In this document: one piece after another, positions 59,566-64,000 of the stretch
Numbering within the stretch: position 1 is the first letter of the stretch
How the letters are laid out: every line of letters begins with the position of its first letter
Source: an uncultured Candidatus Rokubacteria bacterium
Lineage (GTDB): Bacteria > Methylomirabilota > Methylomirabilia > Rokubacteriales > DASRDR01
Direction: 5' to 3'
DNA: 64,000 nt
Assembly: GCA_963826115.1 (NCBI GenBank)
Contig: CAWGVS010000007.1
Span: 64,001 to 128,000, forward strand
Program-made: the position numbers and the translations under genes
Notes under the pieces: model-generated
Databases searched by the model: none
Told to the model about the DNA's origin: nothing
What the model saw: only the letters and a program-made list of their open reading frames with translations

Positions 59566-59961
59566 CTACTCGTCGCTCGCGGCGGGCGCCGCGCCGGTCC
59601 CGGCCGGGTGTGGCTGGCGCTTCTCCCGGAGGCGCGCCGCCTTGCCGGTGCGCTCCCGGAGGTAATAGAGCTTCGAGCGGCGGACGTACGCGGACTTCAC
59701 GACCTGGACGCGCTCGACCCGCGGGGAATGCAGCGGGAACGTCCGCTCGACGCCGACGCCATAGGACACGCGCCGAACCGTGAAGGTCGCGCGGGCGCCC
59801 CCGCCGCGCTTCCGGATGATGATCCCCTCGAAGATCTGCACCCGCTCCTTCTCGCCCTCGATGACCTTCACGTGCACCCTCACGCTGTCCCCGGGCGCGA
59901 ACGCCCCCCGGTCCCGCTTGAGAGCGCTGGCCTCCACCACCGCGATCGCATCCGTCGCCAT
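59566..59961 (-). CDS. rplS: 50S ribosomal protein L19
   Basis: [27 protein letters not shown]. Confidence 0.97.
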   Translation of the reverse strand: MATDAIAVVEASALKRDRGAFAPGDSVRVHVKVIEGEKERVQIFEGIIIRKRGGGARATFTVRRVSYGVGVERTFPLHSPRVERVQVVKSAYVRRSKLYYLRERTGKAARLREKRQPHPAGTGAAPAASDE

Positions 59962-59995
59962 GTTCGTCTCCTCGGTGCTCGCTCGTCCTGCCGCG

Positions 59996-60742
59996 TCAAT
60001 CGCCCGCGCGCGTCAGCTCGCCGCCGCGCGCCATCTCGTCCATCCACTCGCGCTCCTCGCCCGTCGGGGGCACGGCCTCCAGGAGGTCCGGCCGCCGCAC
60101 GAGGGTGCGCCGGAGCGCCTCGCGGCGTCGCCACCGCGCGATCCGACCGTGGTCCCCCGACAGGAGGACCTCCGGCACCCGCCAGCCCCGGAACTCCGCG
60201 GGGCGCGTGTACTGCGGGTAGTCGAGCCGGCCCGCCGCGAACGACTCGCGGGCCGCCCCCGCCGGGTCGCCGAGCACGCCCGGCAGGAGCCGGACCACCG
60301 CGTCCAGCACGACCAGCGCCGGCAGCTCGCCGCCCGTCAGCACGTAGTCGCCGATCGACAGCTCCTCGTCGACCAGCTCGGCGCGGACGCGCTCGTCCAC
60401 ACCCTCGTAGTGCCCGCAGAGGAGCACGAGGTGCCGGGCGCCCGCCAGCCGCTCCGCCGCCGCCTGCGTGAAGGTCGGGCCCTGGGGGCAGAGCAGCGCC
60501 ACGCGGCTGTCCGGCCCGCGGAGCCCCTCGACCGCGGCGAACAGGGGCTCGGGCTTCAGCACCATGCCACCGCCGCCGCCGAACGGGTAGTCGTCCGCCA
60601 CGCGGTGCCGGCCCTCGGTGTACTCCCGGAGGTCGACGACCCGGATGTCGACCGCGCCGCGCTCGCGAGCGACGCGGAGCATCGACTCGCCGAGCACCGC
60701 CGGGAACATCCCGGGGAAGAGCGTGACGACGTCGATGCGCAT
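59996..60742 (-). CDS. trmD: tRNA (guanine37-N1)-methyltransferase
   Basis: [32 protein letters not shown]. Confidence 0.97.
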   Translation of the reverse strand: MRIDVVTLFPGMFPAVLGESMLRVARERGAVDIRVVDLREYTEGRHRVADDYPFGGGGGMVLKPEPLFAAVEGLRGPDSRVALLCPQGPTFTQAAAERLAGARHLVLLCGHYEGVDERVRAELVDEELSIGDYVLTGGELPALVVLDAVVRLLPGVLGDPAGAARESFAAGRLDYPQYTRPAEFRGWRVPEVLLSGDHGRIARWRRREALRRTLVRRPDLLEAVPPTGEEREWMDEMARGGELTRAGD

Positions 60743-61296
60743 CACGCGTCGAGCTCCACCAGGCCCTCGGGCGGCTCCACGACCACGCGCCGCCCGGCGA
60801 GGTCCACCCGCTCGACGATCGCGGCCACCGCCGGGAGGGGCCAAGTCCGCCCGTCCCGCTCGACGGTCCAGTAGTCGTGCCCCGGACCCGCGACGACTTC
60901 CACGATCCGGCCGAGCGCCGTGCCCGCCGGAGTCTCGACGGCGCAGCCGACGAGGTCGAACGCGTAGTACCGGTCCGGCGGCAGGGGCCGCACCGCCGCA
61001 CGCGGGATCGTGATCAGCCGGCCCACGAGCCCCTGCGCGTCCGTCATGGTGTCGCACCCGGCGAGCTTCACCACCGGAATCCGCCCCTGGAACCACACGG
61101 CCTCGACCGCGTGACGCTCGCCCGCGGTCGGCGGGACGAGCCAGCACTCCCGCAGGTCCGCGAACCGCTCGGGCGCGTCGGTCAGGGGCTCGACGCGGAC
61201 CTCGCCCCGGCGGCCCTGGGTCCGCACGATGCGCCCGACCGCGACCAGCGCCCCCGCCGCGGCCGGCGGGGTCGCGGCGACCGTCGCCTCGCCCAT
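60742..61296 (-). CDS. rimM: Ribosome maturation factor RimM
   Basis: [21 protein letters not shown]-barrel-like C-terminus; position in the operon. Confidence 0.93.
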   Translation of the reverse strand: MGEATVAATPPAAAGALVAVGRIVRTQGRRGEVRVEPLTDAPERFADLRECWLVPPTAGERHAVEAVWFQGRIPVVKLAGCDTMTDAQGLVGRLITIPRAAVRPLPPDRYYAFDLVGCAVETPAGTALGRIVEVVAGPGHDYWTVERDGRTWPLPAVAAIVERVDLAGRRVVVEPPEGLVELDA

Positions 61297-61321
61297 CCCT
61301 GTCGCTCCGTTTCGCCCGCCT

Positions 61322-61570
61322 CTAGCTCGCGCGCACCCCGGCCCGGGCCAGAAGGTTCCGCACGGTGTTCGAGGGAAGCGCGCCCTTCTTGATCCAGGCC
61401 GTCGCCTTGTCCGCGTCGATCCGGATGGTCGGGGGCTCCGTGAGCGGGTCGTAGAAGCCGATCTGCTCGATGAAGCGCCCGTCCCGCGCGGTCCGCCCGT
61501 CGGCGACCACCACGCGGTAGGACGGCTTCTTGGTCGTGCCGGTCCGTCGTAGCCGAATCCGTGCTGCCAT
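61322..61570 (-). CDS. rpsP: 30S ribosomal protein S16
   Basis: RIRLRRTG, YRVVVADGR, RDGRFIEQIGFYDP. Confidence 0.97.
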   Translation of the reverse strand: MAARIRLRRTGTTKKPSYRVVVADGRTARDGRFIEQIGFYDPLTEPPTIRIDADKATAWIKKGALPSNTVRNLLARAGVRAS

Positions 61571-61596
61571 TGCCCTCTCCTGTCTCTGTCGTCCGT

Positions 61597-62946
61597 CTAG
61601 CCTCGGAGGAACGGCATCGCCCGGCGCAGGTCCCTGCGTCCGGGCCGGCCGCTCATGCCCTTCATGTCCTTCATCATCTTCCGGAGCTGCGCGTACTGCT
61701 TGAGCAGCCGGTTCACGTCCTGCACCGACGTGCCGCTCCCCCGCGCGATCCGGGACCGCCGCTCGCCGTTGATGATGGCCGGCGTCCGCCGCTCGCCCGG
61801 CGTCATCGAGCCGATGATCGCCTCGAACCGTCGGAGGTCACGCGACTCGGCGTCGAGCTCCGACTGGCCCGGCTTGGCGCCCTTGAAGAACGGCACCATG
61901 TCGAGGATCTGCTCGAGCGGGCCCATCTTCCGGAGCTGCCGGAGCTGCTCGGCGAAATCCTCGAGCGTGAAGCTGTCCTCGCGGATCTTCTGCGCGAGTT
62001 CCTCGGCCTTCGAGGCATCGACCGTGGCCTGCGCCTTCTCGACGAGCGACAGGACGTCGCCCATCCCCAGGATCCGCGACGCCATCCGGTCCGGGTGGAA
62101 CGGCTCCAGCGCGTCGACCCGCTCGCCGACCCCGCAGAACACGATGGGCTTCCCGGTGACCGTGCGGATCGACAGCGCGGCGCCGCCACGCGCGTCGCCG
62201 TCGAGCTTCGTGAGGACGATGCCGTCGTACCCGACCTCCTGGTTGAAGCGCTGGGCCATGGTCACCGCGTCCTGGCCGGTCATCGCGTCGACGACCAGGA
62301 GGATGTGGTGCGGCTTGACCTCGCGCCGGAGGACCTTCAGCTCCTCGACCATCGCCTCGTCGATGTGGAGCCGGCCCGCCGTGTCGAGGAGAACCGGGTT
62401 CCATCCGTTGGCGGCCGCCTGGTCGACGGCCTCCCGCGCGATGTCCACGGGCTTCTGCCCCTCGGCCCCGTGGACCGGCAGCCCGAGCTCCCCGCCCAGC
62501 ACGCGGAGCTGCTGGATCGCGGCGGGCCGGTAGACGTCGGCGGCGACCAGGAGCGGGCGGAAGCCCTCGCGCTGGAAGTGGCGCCCCAGCTTCGCGACGC
62601 TCGTCGTCTTGCCCGAGCCCTGGAGGCCGAGGACCATGATCACCGTCGGCGGCCGGGCGGCCATGGTGAGTCGGTGCGCGGCGCCGCCCAGGAGGTCGAC
62701 CAGCTCGCCGTGCACGATCTTCACGACCTGCTGGCCGGGCGTGAGGCTCTGGAGGACCTCGTGTCCCACGGCCCTCTCGCGGATCCGCTCGACGAAGGAC
62801 CGGACCACCTTGAAGTTGACGTCGGCCTCCAGGAGGGCGACGCGCACCTCGCGGAGCGCCTCCTGGATGTTGTCCTCGGTCAGGCGGCCGGCGCCCCGCA
62901 GGCGGTCAAAGATCGCCTCGAGACGCTGCGTCAGGGCTTCGAACAT
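61597..62946 (-). CDS. ffh: Signal recognition particle protein
   Basis: GLQGSGKTT, DTAGR, DGDARGG, RILGMGD, M domain. Confidence 0.98.
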   Translation of the reverse strand: MFEALTQRLEAIFDRLRGAGRLTEDNIQEALREVRVALLEADVNFKVVRSFVERIRERAVGHEVLQSLTPGQQVVKIVHGELVDLLGGAAHRLTMAARPPTVIMVLGLQGSGKTTSVAKLGRHFQREGFRPLLVAADVYRPAAIQQLRVLGGELGLPVHGAEGQKPVDIAREAVDQAAANGWNPVLLDTAGRLHIDEAMVEELKVLRREVKPHHILLVVDAMTGQDAVTMAQRFNQEVGYDGIVLTKLDGDARGGAALSIRTVTGKPIVFCGVGERVDALEPFHPDRMASRILGMGDVLSLVEKAQATVDASKAEELAQKIREDSFTLEDFAEQLRQLRKMGPLEQILDMVPFFKGAKPGQSELDAESRDLRRFEAIIGSMTPGERRTPAIINGERRSRIARGSGTSVQDVNRLLKQYAQLRKMMKDMKGMSGRPGRRDLRRAMPFLRG

Positions 62947-62990
62947 TGGGTCCTCTCGGGAGCTCGCGGGGAAATCGCGAAAAGCACTTA

Positions 62991-63019
62991 AGGCTACAGG
63001 ACATCCACGGGGGCGTCAA
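62991..63019 (-). promoter_or_regulatory. Sigma70-type promoter of the ffh operon
   Basis: TTGACG-N17-TAGCCT on the minus strand. Confidence 0.55.
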
Positions 63020-63047
63020 GGAAGGCGGCCCCACCGGGCCGCCCCGC

Positions 63048-64000
63048 CTACGACGCCAGCGGGAAGGGCGTGACGAAGACCCGGGGCGGGCAGCCGCCGG
63101 GCGGGCCCCCCGGCCGCGCCGCGCCGAGGGCGGCCGCGTCCTGGAGGAGCCGGCGCGCGAGGTCGCTCCGCTCGTCCAGCGTCGCCGCCCGGCGGGCAAA
63201 GGTCTCCGCCTCCGCCCCGCAGCCCGCAGCGAGCGCCGTCCGCGCGAGGAGCAGCGCCGTGTCGAGGAACTCGGGCTCGAGCCCCCGGATTCGCGACAGG
63301 GCCGCCGCGGCCTTCTCCGGCTGGCGGAGCACGGTCGCCAGCTGGGTGACGCCGTACCACGCGTCGAACGAGGCTGGGACCTCGCCCGCCAGCCGCTCGT
63401 AGAGCTGGAGCGCCTCGGGGCGCCGGCCCTCGCGCTCGAGCCAGTGGGCGAGGCCCTGCTCGGCGTCGGGATTCATGCGAGCCGCCATGGGCCCCTGCCC
63501 GACATTCGCCAGGAGGTAGACCGCCACCGCGACGACGGCCGCCAGCGCGCGTCCTCTCGCGCGGGCCTCCACGAGCGCCCACTGCACCCCCGCCGCCGCG
63601 AACAGCGCGAGCAGCGGCACCAGGGGGGCCCGGTAACGCGCGGTGACGAAGAACGCGACGACGGTGAGACCCAGCAGGACGACCGACGCCCCCAGGACCG
63701 GCGCCCGCCTGGCGGCCACGCCCAGCCCGACCACGGCGAGCGGCAGGAGGAGGCCGAACGGGAACGCGAGCCCCGGGACCTTCCACAGGAGCGCCCGGAG
63801 GACCGGCGACCACGCGCGGACCGGATAGATCTCCTGGTTCCGCGGGATCTCGTCGCCGCCCAGCAGCAGGCGAAGCTTCCGGAGCTGGAGCGCCACGAAC
63901 CCGAGCGGGTCCTGCCGCGCATACGCCGTCACGCGCGCGGTGAAGAAGCGCGAGGCCGGCCCCGCGCCGGTCACGCCGTGAAGCACCGGCGCGCGGACGA
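63048..64000 (-). CDS. Membrane protein (GT-C-like) with C-terminal TPR-like repeats; 5' end outside the window
   Basis: TM segments with FFVTARYRAP; helical TPR-like tail. Confidence 0.65.
   Translation of the reverse strand, partial: VRAPVLHGVTGAGPASRFFTARVTAYARQDPLGFVALQLRKLRLLLGGDEIPRNQEIYPVRAWSPVLRALLWKVPGLAFPFGLLLPLAVVGLGVAARRAPVLGASVVLLGLTVVAFFVTARYRAPLVPLLALFAAAGVQWALVEARARGRALAAVVAVAVYLLANVGQGPMAARMNPDAEQGLAHWLEREGRRPEALQLYERLAGEVPASFDAWYGVTQLATVLRQPEKAAAALSRIRGLEPEFLDTALLLARTALAAGCGAEAETFARRAATLDERSDLARRLLQDAAALGAARPGGPPGGCPPRVFVTPFPLAS

Noticed and set aside
61296-61322. Absence of khpA between rpsP and rimM
   Set aside because: This arrangement is common in many phyla and is not informative.

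Overview
High-GC bacterial chromosomal segment. Gene content and style suggest Ca. Rokubacteria/Methylomirabilota or a similar soil lineage; this is inference only. Left to right: (1) 1-24.9 kb, minus strand, is a type IVa pilus locus (pilB, pilT, pilC, pilS, pilR, pilA, pilD, pilV/W/X-like minor pilins, start of pilM). It is interleaved with a putative pilin-glycosylation cassette (GT2, methyltransferase, two GT-C-like proteins), a HEAT-repeat/HD-GYP/GGDEF c-di-GMP module, and a hybrid histidine kinase with a ~260-aa alveolin/articulin-like V-E-R-P repeat broken by an 8-nt frameshift. (2) macrodomain, mazG and DUF1844 genes. (3) A heat-shock operon hsp20-dnaK-dnaJ-like(HPD>SPD)-hspR-dksA-like-lon that lacks grpE. 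(4) Miscellaneous enzymes and a GT2 plus tandem radical SAM cluster. (5) comM flanked by two apparent insertions, each bounded by a degenerate copy of a gene 3' end. One carries a BY-kinase with 44-aa (4x11) amphipathic repeats and a TM helix; the other carries ~11 kb of glycan-modification genes. (6) The housekeeping ffh-rpsP-rimM-trmD-rplS-rnhB-(DUF4238, ankyrin)-yraN block. I saw no rRNA, tRNA, CRISPR array or integrase. All calls come from motif recognition by eye; no database search was run.
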